This document shows positions 41,222 through 51,274 of a stretch of DNA of 64,000 bases, one piece after another. The notes below the pieces were generated by a model. That model made no database searches. It worked only from the letters and a program-made list of their open reading frames with translations, and had not been told where the DNA came from. A program made the position numbers and the translations under genes. The stretch lies in the IMG/VR virus record IMGVR_UViG_3300016471_000863; one strand, written 5' to 3'. Each line of letters starts with the position of its first letter. The first letter of the stretch is position 1. This stretch comes from a virus.

Positions 41222-42131
41222 TTTTAATACTTTCTATAAGATATTTCTTTAAATCAAAAATTGAATAGGTATTTTTACCTAACATTTTTTTTAATTTAGA
41301 TATGTCCGCTAAAGTAGTTTTAGGTTCTATTCTTGGTGAAATATACTCTATTTTTGATTCATCACTACAAATCCATCGAGCAGCAACATTTAATTCGTAA
41401 TTTTTACCGGAGCCAACATTAAAAACACTGAAACCTTCAGGAGCATTAAAAGCTGCGCCATAATTTGCTTCCGCTACATTTAATACATTTACAAAATCTC
41501 TAGTTTGTTTACCGTCACCAGTAATTGTTAAATTTTTTCCTTGTTTGTATTGCCTTAGCCAGATTCCTATTACGGGAACATATGCACCTTCTGTTGGTTC
41601 TCTATTTCCATAAACATTAAAATATCTTAAACAGCAAATATTCATTTTATATAATTCACAAAATAATTTTGCGTATTGTTCTCCGTGAAGTTTTTGCAAT
41701 GCATATGGACTCATTGGATTCAATTCTGCATTTTCATCAGTAGGATGATATTTTGGTTCTCCGTAAACTGATGATGATGAAGAAAAAACAATATTTTTAA
41801 CATTATGTTTTTTACAAGCCATAAAAACATTTAACGTGCCATTTACATTTATATTATTAAACAATATTGGATCTTTTATGGAAGGTTCAACTCTGGGCAA
41901 TGCAGCCAAATGCCAAACATGAGTTGCATCTTTGAAATGAGGCTCTATTTCTTCGTAATTTGTTATGTCGGCAACTATTAATTTTGCTTTTGAATTTATA
42001 TTTTCTTTTTTTCCAGTAGATAAATTGTCTATAACAACTATCTCGTTCCACTTGCGTTCGCCATTTACGATATAATCAACTACATTACTACCAATAAAAC
42101 CTGCTCCACCAACTATAATAGCTTTAGACAT
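41208..42131 (-). CDS. UDP-glucose/GlcNAc 4-epimerase-like SDR
   Basis: GGAGFIGS; DNLSTG; HLAA; SSSSVYG; SPYALQK; LRYFNVYG; GDGKQTRDF. Confidence 0.9.
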   Translation of the reverse strand: MSKAIIVGGAGFIGSNVVDYIVNGERKWNEIVVIDNLSTGKKENINSKAKLIVADITNYEEIEPHFKDATHVWHLAALPRVEPSIKDPILFNNINVNGTLNVFMACKKHNVKNIVFSSSSSVYGEPKYHPTDENAELNPMSPYALQKLHGEQYAKLFCELYKMNICCLRYFNVYGNREPTEGAYVPVIGIWLRQYKQGKNLTITGDGKQTRDFVNVLNVAEANYGAAFNAPEGFSVFNVGSGKNYELNVAARWICSDESKIEYISPRIEPKTTLADISKLKKMLGKNTYSIFDLKKYLIESIKNETL

Positions 42132-42137
42132 ATTTCC

Positions 42138-42761
42138 TCAAATTTTTTTCTTAGCAGAAAAAGCTTTTCTTGCATCTTTTGGTCCAACTAAAGATGGACC
42201 AAAAAAATCTATATCCCAATTAATAAATCTTTTTTGCCACCAATCTTTTTCGCGTATATGCCATAAGTGCGAATGATAATCGCAGCCAAAACATTCTGAA
42301 AATGATAGCAATGAACCAGCTTTTGAAACTATATTAATTTGTTCGCAGATTTCAATAACGTCATCATCTTCCAAGTGACTTAAAACGCAAAAGCAATTAA
42401 ATATTGCTGGCTCTGATAAAGATAAATTTTTTATATGATCTTGTGCAAAACCATGCATCCAACGTATTTTATTATTGTCTGGATATATTTGCTTTCCTAT
42501 TTTTATAGCCGCTAATGATGGTTCTATTGCATAAACAGAATGCATTGTTTGAGACATTAAATTGGCTACCCAGCCGGTTCCACATCCTATATCTACTCCA
42601 ATTCCAATATTGGGATTTTCATCAAGCAACTTTCCCAAAGGAGAATCTTCGTTATATTGAACATTATTTAATGTATTATTTAAATGACATTGTTTTTCAT
42701 ATTCATATTTTCCATCTGAAATGTATTCAGAGTTATGTTGTAGATAGCTTGCACGACTCAT
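42138..42761 (-). CDS. Class I SAM-dependent methyltransferase
   Basis: VDIGCGTG; AIEPS; VLSHL. Confidence 0.85.
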   Translation of the reverse strand: MSRASYLQHNSEYISDGKYEYEKQCHLNNTLNNVQYNEDSPLGKLLDENPNIGIGVDIGCGTGWVANLMSQTMHSVYAIEPSLAAIKIGKQIYPDNNKIRWMHGFAQDHIKNLSLSEPAIFNCFCVLSHLEDDDVIEICEQINIVSKAGSLLSFSECFGCDYHSHLWHIREKDWWQKRFINWDIDFFGPSLVGPKDARKAFSAKKKI

Positions 42762-42777
42762 TTCGATATCCTTTGCT

Positions 42778-43089
42778 TTACAGAAAACGTTTTCTAAATT
42801 CAGCTACATTAATAGCTTTATCATCAATCAATAAATCAAAATGTGGTTTTTTGTTAGTGATAAGTTCATGATATAATAATCCCCAAGAATTTAATTGTTT
42901 AGAAGTAAATTCCGTCCAATCTTTACCAGAAACACTTCCTCTTGCAGTAAAAATTTTTATGTAATGACCTTCATTGTAAAGGTCATTAATTTTTTCTATC
43001 ATTTCTTTATAAGGAACCGCTTCTTCGTAAGCACTATTCTTAACTGAGGTGCAAATTGTTCCATCTATATCAAAAGCATATATAGTCAT
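42778..43089 (-). CDS. Capless HAD phosphatase (EcbF/BcbF capsule-biosynthesis type)
   Basis: FDIDGTIC; IFTARG; KP...LIDDKA. Confidence 0.85.
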   Translation of the reverse strand: MTIYAFDIDGTICTSVKNSAYEEAVPYKEMIEKINDLYNEGHYIKIFTARGSVSGKDWTEFTSKQLNSWGLLYHELITNKKPHFDLLIDDKAINVAEFRKRFL

Positions 43090-43092
43090 AAA

Positions 43093-43590
43093 TCACAAGA
43101 TGGAATGTAGATAAATTTGATGAACACATTCAACGATTCCATAGTCAGAACTATTAACCCACATATCAAATAATTTATATTTAGAGTTTAATGTTTTTAA
43201 TTTATTGTTTTCTTGAAATCCAGTTAAAGAAATAAAATTTATTTTTTGTTCTGAGCAGAAACGTGCAGCATTTAGCATGTTTATAGAATTGCCACTCGAT
43301 GAAATTATTATTACTAAAGTTTTATCATCTGCAAATTGTTTTAAAAATTCAGTATTTGCATTTTCCATTCCAAAATCATTTATATAACAAGTAAGTCTAG
43401 ATGGATCTGAAAATGTAAAAGATTTTTTTCCTAATTTTTTTGAATAATCTTGAGAAATATGTGAAGCAACAGCTTGACTTCCCCCATTTCCTAGAATTAT
43501 AATTTGGCTGTAACTTTCTACAGCTTCTTTTAATGGCGCTGTTTTTTCATATGCTAAATTTATTTCTTCTATTAATTTTTCTTTATTCAT
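43093..43590 (-). CDS. gmhA: SIS-domain phosphoheptose (sedoheptulose-7-phosphate) isomerase-like protein
   Basis: GNGGS...ASH; T...ND.G; ISSSGNS; LTGF; E..H. Confidence 0.8.
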   Translation of the reverse strand: MNKEKLIEEINLAYEKTAPLKEAVESYSQIIILGNGGSQAVASHISQDYSKKLGKKSFTFSDPSRLTCYINDFGMENANTEFLKQFADDKTLVIIISSSGNSINMLNAARFCSEQKINFISLTGFQENNKLKTLNSKYKLFDMWVNSSDYGIVECVHQIYLHSIL

Positions 43591-44570
43591 ATTTTATTTC
43601 CAATTACTCCACTTTCATTTACGTGAATCGAAATTAAATTTCCAAAATAATTTTTATTTTTTTCATTTTTAACGATATTAATAAAATTTTGAGTTTTTTC
43701 TTTGTTTACAAAAATTAAAAAATAGCCTCCGCCGCCAGCACCACATAATTTTATTGTCTGTATAACGTTGTCATTTAATAATGACATTAAAAAATCATCA
43801 ATTTTTTTTAATTCAAAAAAATCTGCTATCAAAGAAGATGTTTTTTTCTTTTGTTCCCAGGAGTCATTCAATAACTTTTCAAATAAAAAATAGTTTTTAT
43901 CTTCAATTGCCTTTTCTGTTTCTTCTACTAATTTTAAAAGTGGATAACTTTTATCTACATTTACACTTTTTAATATTTCTGTTGAGTTTCTCTTAATGTT
44001 CGTATGCAAAAGAAATAAATCATATTTTCTATAAATAAATTGATTATCAAAATATGTAAAAGAAGGTCTTTTATTTTTAACAAAAGAAATCTTTTTAAAT
44101 CCTCCAATGGCACACCCATAAGAATCTTGATATCCAGTTAATGGATTAAAAATTCTTTCTAGTTCTAGAGATATTTTAGATATTTCAAAATCTGATAAAG
44201 CCAAACCTTTATAAACACTCACTGCTTTTACACATGCGATTGTATATGCAGAACTACTAGCCAAACCAGAACCTTCCGAAAGAATATCTGTATTGAAAGA
44301 AATGGTAATCGGGTCTTTTATGTCAAAAAATTCTAAAACTACTCTCGCAATATCATTTTTAATTTCTTGAACAAATTTTACTTCTTCTTTTTTAGAATAA
44401 TTTATAATAAATTTATCAGTATGATTATCGTGAATAGAAATGTAACAAAATAAATCAGAAGGAAAACTGATTACTGATCCTGTATTATATTTTTGTATAA
44501 ATGCATCTAAGTCTGTAGATCCTCCCACTAAAGAAATTCTTAACGGACATTTAGCTACAATCATTGTCAT
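43587..44570 (-). CDS. hddA: GHMP kinase, D-glycero-alpha-D-manno-heptose-7-phosphate kinase-like
   Basis: CPLRISLVGGSTD; GSGLASSSA; GYQD; W..KK; KLCGAGGGG; adjacent to gmhA. Confidence 0.85.
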   Translation of the reverse strand: MTMIVAKCPLRISLVGGSTDLDAFIQKYNTGSVISFPSDLFCYISIHDNHTDKFIINYSKKEEVKFVQEIKNDIARVVLEFFDIKDPITISFNTDILSEGSGLASSSAYTIACVKAVSVYKGLALSDFEISKISLELERIFNPLTGYQDSYGCAIGGFKKISFVKNKRPSFTYFDNQFIYRKYDLFLLHTNIKRNSTEILKSVNVDKSYPLLKLVEETEKAIEDKNYFLFEKLLNDSWEQKKKTSSLIADFFELKKIDDFLMSLLNDNVIQTIKLCGAGGGGYFLIFVNKEKTQNFINIVKNEKNKNYFGNLISIHVNESGVIGNKI

Positions 44571-45460
44571 AAAATAATTTCTTTCCCAAAATTTTTACGA
44601 TATTCATCTTTTAAAAGATTTAAATGCCAAATATCTAAATTTTTGAAAAACCCAGGTCCACATTCTTCAAAATAATTCATAATTCTTTGAAGTCGCCAAT
44701 CTTTTTTTAAAGAAAACATATCAGGCATTATATAATCTTTATACCATTCTTCTGGTGCCAAATTTACATATACATCCGAACTATCTAGGGTTATCGAATA
44801 TTGTTGATTTATTGCATTTTCTGCGCCAGGACGCTTTATTAATTCTGCACAACGCAAATAACATTGTTTTATTTGAAAATTGGTCCAATCTGAAAACTGA
44901 TAATGCATTATTGCACCAAATTTAGGATTCAATCTTAATAACGTTTGTTCATTGTTGATGCCAGGTGTTCTGCCGACATGTAGCCATTTATAATCATAAT
45001 AAATTTTCTTATCATCACATACAATAAAATCTTTAAAATTGTTACTCCAAACGCTGTTATCATTTCTGTAATGATGAATTGATTTCCACATAGCTAACCA
45101 TTGCATGGTTAATTTTTGTCCTGGTTTTAAACTTTCTAAAATTTTTTTTGCATTTTTTGAAAATTGTGCTGTAATAGCTTCGTCAGCATCTATGCAAATG
45201 AAATGAGTACCACCAGCTTCTCTTCCTAGAGAAAGAAGTTTTTCTCTAATATGATGTTCGCTCCATCCTAAATTTGTTATTTTTTCATTGTCATAAACTT
45301 TGCATCCAAAAGAAATTGCTATTTCTTTACTTTTGTCACTCGAAGCGTCATCAATACAGATAACTTCATCGCAGACATTTTTTAAACTGGATAAACAAGT
45401 TGGAAGTATCCATTCTTCATTTTTAAAAGGAATTAGAGCAATTAATTTCATGTTTCTCAA
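44567..45460 (-). CDS. Glycosyltransferase, GT2/GT-A
   Basis: KNEE; IDDASSDKS; IDADE. Confidence 0.85.
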   Translation of the reverse strand: MRNMKLIALIPFKNEEWILPTCLSSLKNVCDEVICIDDASSDKSKEIAISFGCKVYDNEKITNLGWSEHHIREKLLSLGREAGGTHFICIDADEAITAQFSKNAKKILESLKPGQKLTMQWLAMWKSIHHYRNDNSVWSNNFKDFIVCDDKKIYYDYKWLHVGRTPGINNEQTLLRLNPKFGAIMHYQFSDWTNFQIKQCYLRCAELIKRPGAENAINQQYSITLDSSDVYVNLAPEEWYKDYIMPDMFSLKKDWRLQRIMNYFEECGPGFFKNLDIWHLNLLKDEYRKNFGKEIIL

Positions 45461-45466
45461 TATATG

Positions 45467-46303
45467 TTATATGTTATTTTTTATAAATTCATTATAATTT
45501 GGAACAAATTTTTCTATAGGCTCCCAATTGCCATCAATCAAAATTTCATTTATTTTATAATTTTTAGTCTTTTCTAGCCAAGCTTTCTCTATCTTATCAT
45601 AAATTCCATATCTTAATTCTATGACAGTTCGTTCAGTTGGCTGCTTGCCGTCACCATTAGTTGAAGCTCCTTTACCTTCATTAAGATAATAACCTAAAAC
45701 TCCTGGCGTGCATAGTATGTTTGAATTATGTATTCCCATTCTTACTGCTAGATCAAAATCTGCTCCACTTTTTAATTGCTCATCAAATAAACCAGATTTT
45801 TCAATCAATGTTTTTCTAAACATAAAAAATGGTCCCAAGACCATTCCTCTTGTAAATTCTTTGTGACCTGGATAATAAATTGAATGATCAATTAACTGAC
45901 CATTTTTTGAACCAAAGTTTTTAACTATTATAAAATTACCGTTTGCAATATCACATGATGAATTCAATTCCAATAATTTAACTTGTTTTTCTATGCTATC
46001 TGGAGTTCTAAGATCATCAACATTCCAAATTGTTAGAAATCTTCCAGATGCTTCTTTGATGCATCTATTCATTGATGTTCCTATTGGCTCAACAGGATTA
46101 ACTACAATGTGCTTTAATCTATTAGGGTATTTTTCTTGAAAATCTTTTACCCAAATTAATTCTTCTTCGGTTGGTTCATTGTGATCCAATACAACTTCAA
46201 GATGATTAAAAAATGTTTGTTTTGGTAATTCTTCTAAAAAAAGTTTCAGATATTTTTGCATTCTAAAACATGGAGTTATTGTTGATGCTACTATATTAGT
46301 CAT
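45467..46303 (-). CDS. Glycosyltransferase, GT2/GT-A
   Basis: STITPC; NRCIKEASG; NVDD; GLFDE...ADFDL. Confidence 0.85.
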   Translation of the reverse strand: MTNIVASTITPCFRMQKYLKLFLEELPKQTFFNHLEVVLDHNEPTEEELIWVKDFQEKYPNRLKHIVVNPVEPIGTSMNRCIKEASGRFLTIWNVDDLRTPDSIEKQVKLLELNSSCDIANGNFIIVKNFGSKNGQLIDHSIYYPGHKEFTRGMVLGPFFMFRKTLIEKSGLFDEQLKSGADFDLAVRMGIHNSNILCTPGVLGYYLNEGKGASTNGDGKQPTERTVIELRYGIYDKIEKAWLEKTKNYKINEILIDGNWEPIEKFVPNYNEFIKNNI

Positions 46304-46983
46304 AACCCATCTTTCATTTCATCGGAAACAAAAATAGTATTAATTTCATCGACATAGAATTGAAAATAACCATTGTTTGTAATATAGTTCCTCAACTCTT
46401 TGCACGAATTTGTAAAATTAGAAAATTTTTCAAAACTAGGATGCTGGTCTTCTATTTCAACTATCATTACTTTTGGTTTCCAGATATTTAAGTCAAACGA
46501 CTTAAACACTTCATATTCAAATCCTTCAACATCTACAACAAGTAAATCGAAGTTTACAGGAACTTGAGATTTTTGCAAAACCTTTTCCAATGGCATTTGT
46601 TTGACTTTAAAAGTTTTACCTTGGTGGTGCCCTTTTGCCCAATCAATTTGCTCATACATCTCAACTTGTTCTTTTTTCAAAGTTGTTAAACTATGACCAT
46701 AATATATGTCAACTATTTTTTCCTCTGGACCTATTGCGACATTTGCAACTAAAACTTTATTTTTAGAATGCCTATTGGCACATGCAGTTGCCAATTCTTT
46801 TATTGGCTCTATATACAATCCATTCCAACCGCAATCTGCTAAACCAGAAGTATTAGAAAAACTCTCTCCATCGTAAGCGCCTACTTCAACAAAATGGCCA
46901 TCTAATTTATTTGGTCCAAATAATTTTTCATATATATTAGACAAATTTTTTATTTGACAAGATTTTGATAGACTATAACTCAT
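46300..46983 (-). CDS. FkbM-family methyltransferase
   Basis: FVEVGAYDG...SNT; WNGLYIEP; DLLVVDVEGFE. Confidence 0.9.
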   Translation of the reverse strand: MSYSLSKSCQIKNLSNIYEKLFGPNKLDGHFVEVGAYDGESFSNTSGLADCGWNGLYIEPIKELATACANRHSKNKVLVANVAIGPEEKIVDIYYGHSLTTLKKEQVEMYEQIDWAKGHHQGKTFKVKQMPLEKVLQKSQVPVNFDLLVVDVEGFEYEVFKSFDLNIWKPKVMIVEIEDQHPSFEKFSNFTNSCKELRNYITNNGYFQFYVDEINTIFVSDEMKDGL

Positions 46984-46992
46984 TTATATTTC

Positions 46993-47844
46993 TCACTTGA
47001 ATAGATTATAATAATTCCTTGCTGATATTTCTAAGGAATGATTTTTAGTTATATAATCTCTTGGAGAATATATTTTTTTATTTACGGAATTTAAAAAATC
47101 TTCAAATTTTTTTAAATCTACATTTTCAACTATTTCGCCACATTTTTCATTAAAATATGGAACACTTGTTGCTGGCACCGTTTCATAAGCACCATCGTAA
47201 TTCCAAGTAGACTTGTTAAACACAAAGCATGGTAGATTTGTAGATAATATCTCCATGTAGCCAATTCCTTGTGATTCTGTATTGGTGAGTAATATACCAA
47301 AATTTGCCCAACTACAGGTTTCAAGTAACTGTTCCTCTGTATAAGAACCATATTGTAATTCTCTATATTCTATATTATATTTTTTTAAGATTTTTCTTAC
47401 AACATGTAAATCTTGTTGAGAACGATTTTTAAAATAAAGAAGACATTTCAAGTTATCTTCATTTCTACTTTCTACTTTCCATTTTTCTGTATCGATTCCT
47501 ACAGACCAAATATCAATTTGTGCGTGATCAAGTTCTGAGAATCTTCGATATAAATCGAAGACCCATTTTGATGGCACATTAAAATGTTTGAAATATTTTG
47601 AAAATTTTTTATTTTCTCTAGGTAAAACAAATAAATTCGGACCTACTAAAGAGTTTGCACTGCATCTTTCCCATCCATTTATTAACTGTAATATACCAAT
47701 GTGAGAATCTATTCGTTGTGATAGTAAACTTTCATTTCCAAAAACAATATTATTTTTTTGAAGACCTAATTTTAGATTTTTTACAACTTTTCCTGGTCCT
47801 CTGTAGTTCTCGTTGTCGTACAATAATACTATAGGTTTTTCCAT
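46993..47844 (-). CDS. Short GT-B-like glycosyltransferase
   Basis: GPGKV; VPSKW; GIDT; ESQGIGYMEILSTNLP (EX7E). Confidence 0.75.
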   Translation of the reverse strand: MEKPIVLLYDNENYRGPGKVVKNLKLGLQKNNIVFGNESLLSQRIDSHIGILQLINGWERCSANSLVGPNLFVLPRENKKFSKYFKHFNVPSKWVFDLYRRFSELDHAQIDIWSVGIDTEKWKVESRNEDNLKCLLYFKNRSQQDLHVVRKILKKYNIEYRELQYGSYTEEQLLETCSWANFGILLTNTESQGIGYMEILSTNLPCFVFNKSTWNYDGAYETVPATSVPYFNEKCGEIVENVDLKKFEDFLNSVNKKIYSPRDYITKNHSLEISARNYYNLFK

Positions 47845-47845
47845 T

Positions 47846-48490
47846 TTATTTTCTCAAGTACAAGGCATCTCCCCAATTATATTGAGTGTTTACAGTAATA
47901 ATTCTTTCAAACCCAAAAACTTTAAGATATTCATCAATTTCATTTACTAAAGGAACATTTTTATATAAATGCTCAAAATTAACTTCTGTATAAATGCATT
48001 TGATAGATTCTAATCTTAATAAATCTTTAAATCCTTTCAGTACTTTTAATTCAGCACCTTGTACATCAAGATTAATAAAATCAAATTTTTGAATTTCAAA
48101 TTTTTGTTTATTTGCATGGTAAAATGAATTAAATGAAATAGTTTTTAATTTTTTAGTTTCAACAACTTTAATATGAGGATAATGTTTTTCTACAGTTCCA
48201 AGCTCTAAAATAGAGCTTGCTTGTGGATCATTTGTTATATGAAACTCAACATCTTCATTGTCGTTATCAGATAAAACTTGACAAAAATATTCCTGATTAA
48301 CATTTGAATATCTGTTTGTATTATCAAAAAGATTTTTCATTAATGTCTTATTAGCCTCAAACCAAACAACAGCTTTAACGTTTGCCTCTGCATAATCTTT
48401 TATCTCTTCACCATGATGAGCACCAATATGAATTACTCCGTTTATTGGGTTACCATATGTTTGAAGACATTTTTTAAAACTTATTAACAT
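47846..48490 (-). CDS. FkbM-family methyltransferase
   Basis: IHIGAHHGEE; WFEAN; SSIL; FINLDVQGAELKVLKG; WGDALY. Confidence 0.9.
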   Translation of the reverse strand: MLISFKKCLQTYGNPINGVIHIGAHHGEEIKDYAEANVKAVVWFEANKTLMKNLFDNTNRYSNVNQEYFCQVLSDNDNEDVEFHITNDPQASSILELGTVEKHYPHIKVVETKKLKTISFNSFYHANKQKFEIQKFDFINLDVQGAELKVLKGFKDLLRLESIKCIYTEVNFEHLYKNVPLVNEIDEYLKVFGFERIITVNTQYNWGDALYLRK

Positions 48491-48499
48491 GATACTTAA

Positions 48500-49045
48500 T
48501 CAAAGCTTTATATAAAAAGCTTCTCCCCAGGTTTCATGACTTGCTCTTGTTAACGATCTTACAAAGCCATAACTTGATAAAAAATCGTCCATTTCTTTTG
48601 TACCACGAATCTTAGTATAAATTGCTTTAAAAGCCGAATGTCTTGGATCAGATAGATATTGTCCAAAACCTTCTAAAACATTTAATTCATTACCAAATTC
48701 AACTTCATTGATTATTAAATCGTAATTTTCTAATTCTACTAATGCAAGATTCTTCTTGTAGAAAGAATCAAATCTCATGCTTGTACCACTTCTGTCAATA
48801 TTCGAAAATATATCACAAACATAATGTTGCTTTGCCGGTAAAAATTTTGTCGAATTATATAAATCTGCCATCCTCATCTTTTCAGATTCCATCCAAAGGA
48901 TATTGGAAATACCAGATTCAACTAATAACGTACCATTAGTTCCTAAATTTTTGCCAAAATAAATGGCACCTTTTAATTTATCATTTCTTTTTTCTTGATA
49001 CGTTTTTATACATTCTTTTATTGGAATTAACATTTCATTCTCCAA
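48500..49045 (-). CDS. Divergent FkbM-like paralogue, possibly inactive
   Basis: Colinear with 47846..48490 (MLIPIKEC, ELNVLEGF, WGEAFY), but the SAM-binding and DxxG motifs are altered. Confidence 0.65.
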   Translation of the reverse strand: MENEMLIPIKECIKTYQEKRNDKLKGAIYFGKNLGTNGTLLVESGISNILWMESEKMRMADLYNSTKFLPAKQHYVCDIFSNIDRSGTSMRFDSFYKKNLALVELENYDLIINEVEFGNELNVLEGFGQYLSDPRHSAFKAIYTKIRGTKEMDDFLSSYGFVRSLTRASHETWGEAFYIKL

Positions 49046-49853
49046 TCCACTTTAAGGGAAGCTCAACATGAACAGTATTATTAGAATAATTGATTATGTG
49101 TTCATAAGATAATCTTTTACCAGAAAGAAAATTGTTATTTAATTCTTCTGCGCTTAATATGTTGCCATGTCGATTGGCATATACATCCTGTACTATATTT
49201 GCAGGTATATTTAACAATTTACTCCCTTTTGCATAGCATGACATATATTGTTTCGTGCGATCTGCCGTTGCCGCAAGACCAGCTTCTAATTGATTTGGAT
49301 TTTTAAAATTAATTTGATTTATTTTTTCAAATATAAAATCTGTTCTATAAATGTTTCCATCAACAGACATTGGATAATTCCAATCACCAGCAGCCGCCGT
49401 CCAATTCCAAATGCATCCCTTTACAAATTTTGGTATTGAATTTGGATTATTTGTAGCATAGCAGTGATCAATGCCATTCCAAAGTCTCAAGGAATGCGCT
49501 ATAATCTCATTGTTGTTCTTAACAAACTGTATTTCATTGTCATTTAATGACCATTCCGATTTAAAAACAATATCATCAACCAAAAACATGGTCAACTTGT
49601 TATTAATATTTAAACTCTTAATTAAAGACTGTTTAAATGAACCATATAAATTATCTGAAATAAATTCTACAGAATTCATATTCTCTTGCTGGCTAGACAA
49701 TTGAAGATAACTTTTTTGAAATAATTCATTGCTAAAATTATAGCATACATTAATTTTTAACGAATCTGATTCTCTGAGAGAAGATTTAAAACTTCTTAAA
49801 AGTAAATCTAATTGAGCAGCTCTATCTTTTGAAAATATAATAATATTAAGCAT
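49035..49853 (-). CDS. GT-A-fold glycosyltransferase-like protein
   Basis: IIIFSKDRAAQL; MFLVDD; SLRL; YPMSVDG; NPNQLE. Confidence 0.7.
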   Translation of the reverse strand: MLNIIIFSKDRAAQLDLLLRSFKSSLRESDSLKINVCYNFSNELFQKSYLQLSSQQENMNSVEFISDNLYGSFKQSLIKSLNINNKLTMFLVDDIVFKSEWSLNDNEIQFVKNNNEIIAHSLRLWNGIDHCYATNNPNSIPKFVKGCIWNWTAAAGDWNYPMSVDGNIYRTDFIFEKINQINFKNPNQLEAGLAATADRTKQYMSCYAKGSKLLNIPANIVQDVYANRHGNILSAEELNNNFLSGKRLSYEHIINYSNNTVHVELPLKWIGE

Positions 49854-49868
49854 TTGTCAAATTCCGTT

Positions 49869-50603
49869 TCATAAATTTTCTAGCCATGCTGGATTTGTAG
49901 AGGTATTTCTCCTATAGAAATATAAGGATTCCATTACTATGGAAGTTTTTTGCAGCAATAAAGTCATTTTGGTGTTGAAGTCACTGTCTTCTGCACGCTG
50001 ACATCTTAATCCCATGTTGCCTGGTAAAAATTTCATACCATTTTCCCAAAGTTGTTTATAAAACAAACATGATGCACCATGAGCTTCAAAATTTGGTCCA
50101 ACATAATAATGATTAATCCCCGATGTTTTAAACCCAAGATGTACAAATTTTGTAACAGTTGAATGATCCATCACTTTTGGATTTAAATTTTTATTTACAC
50201 TTTTATATTTTTGAATATCATCTTCTGAGTAACAATGAAAAAAGCCACACAAATTATGATAGCTTTTCATTCCTTGCATAACTTCATATTGAAGTTCTAA
50301 TCTGTATTGGCTGCAAGCGTCATCTGCGTCCTGGAGGGTAATAAGCTCTCCAGTTGCTTTTTCAATCGCCGTATTTAAAGCAAACCACTTTCCTCTATTC
50401 TTTTCTAAAAAGATAGTTTTTAATGGAAATCTTAAGTTTTCTTTTTGCAAAGATAAAATCTTTTCTTTACTGTCATCCGTAGAACAATCATCTATAACAA
50501 TCAATTCTATATTTTCATATGATTGTTTTTGAATTGAATCAATTGCAGTTTCAATATATTGAGAATGATTATAATTTGTTACAATAACAGATATTTTCTT
50601 CAT
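49869..50603 (-). CDS. Glycosyltransferase, GT2
   Basis: ISVIVTNYN; IDDCSTD; QDADD; AEDSDF. Start reassigned to ATG 50603 (ATGA overlap with the upstream stop). Confidence 0.9.
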   Translation of the reverse strand: MKKISVIVTNYNHSQYIETAIDSIQKQSYENIELIVIDDCSTDDSKEKILSLQKENLRFPLKTIFLEKNRGKWFALNTAIEKATGELITLQDADDACSQYRLELQYEVMQGMKSYHNLCGFFHCYSEDDIQKYKSVNKNLNPKVMDHSTVTKFVHLGFKTSGINHYYVGPNFEAHGASCLFYKQLWENGMKFLPGNMGLRCQRAEDSDFNTKMTLLLQKTSIVMESLYFYRRNTSTNPAWLENL

Positions 50604-51274
50604 TTGGGTTTGCTCACAACAGCCGCATAATATCCATTCCACCAGCCCGCAATATCGTGATCTGTATTGTTTGGTGTTTTCATTACCCATTCTTTATGAA
50701 TGGATAAATTCAAGTCTCGGAAAGCTTCTCTGGTTCCAACTTCAACATCATCTGTCCAATTCCAGTCATCGCATAAATAAACAAAATCATCTTCTACAAA
50801 ATCTATAAATTTTGTCAAAGCCTCATAGTGATGTTGTTTTTTGTGAGGACCATCATACAAACATATTGGAAACCGTCCATATTCCTCAATGTGTAAGTCT
50901 TCAGAAGTAATTTCAAAACAATTTTTTTCTAAAAACTTTATTGGAAGATTGTCTATATCAATGTATTTTTGAACATTTGATAAGAATTCATATTTAGGTC
51001 CAGTAAATTCAGACCAATTATCGCAAGCAACAGAATATTCGTTTACTTTACTGCCATTTAATGCAGAGCAAAATGTAGATCCTGCCCAAACTCCAATTTC
51101 TAAATATCTACCACCTATTCCTTGAACAAGATTGTTTAAAAAATGCCTAGTTTTTGTACCAGAAAATCCCTTTATTCTTGTAAGTTCTGGGTTTAATAAC
51201 GACTTATATTGTTCGGCATTTTCTAAAGATTTATCAATTATATTTAACCAATTATTAATTTTATCAGATCTCAT
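50600..51274 (-). CDS. SAM-dependent methyltransferase (Methyltransf_24-like)
   Basis: YLEIGVWAGST; YDGPH; DDWNW. Confidence 0.85.
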   Translation of the reverse strand: MRSDKINNWLNIIDKSLENAEQYKSLLNPELTRIKGFSGTKTRHFLNNLVQGIGGRYLEIGVWAGSTFCSALNGSKVNEYSVACDNWSEFTGPKYEFLSNVQKYIDIDNLPIKFLEKNCFEITSEDLHIEEYGRFPICLYDGPHKKQHHYEALTKFIDFVEDDFVYLCDDWNWTDDVEVGTREAFRDLNLSIHKEWVMKTPNNTDHDIAGWWNGYYAAVVSKPK

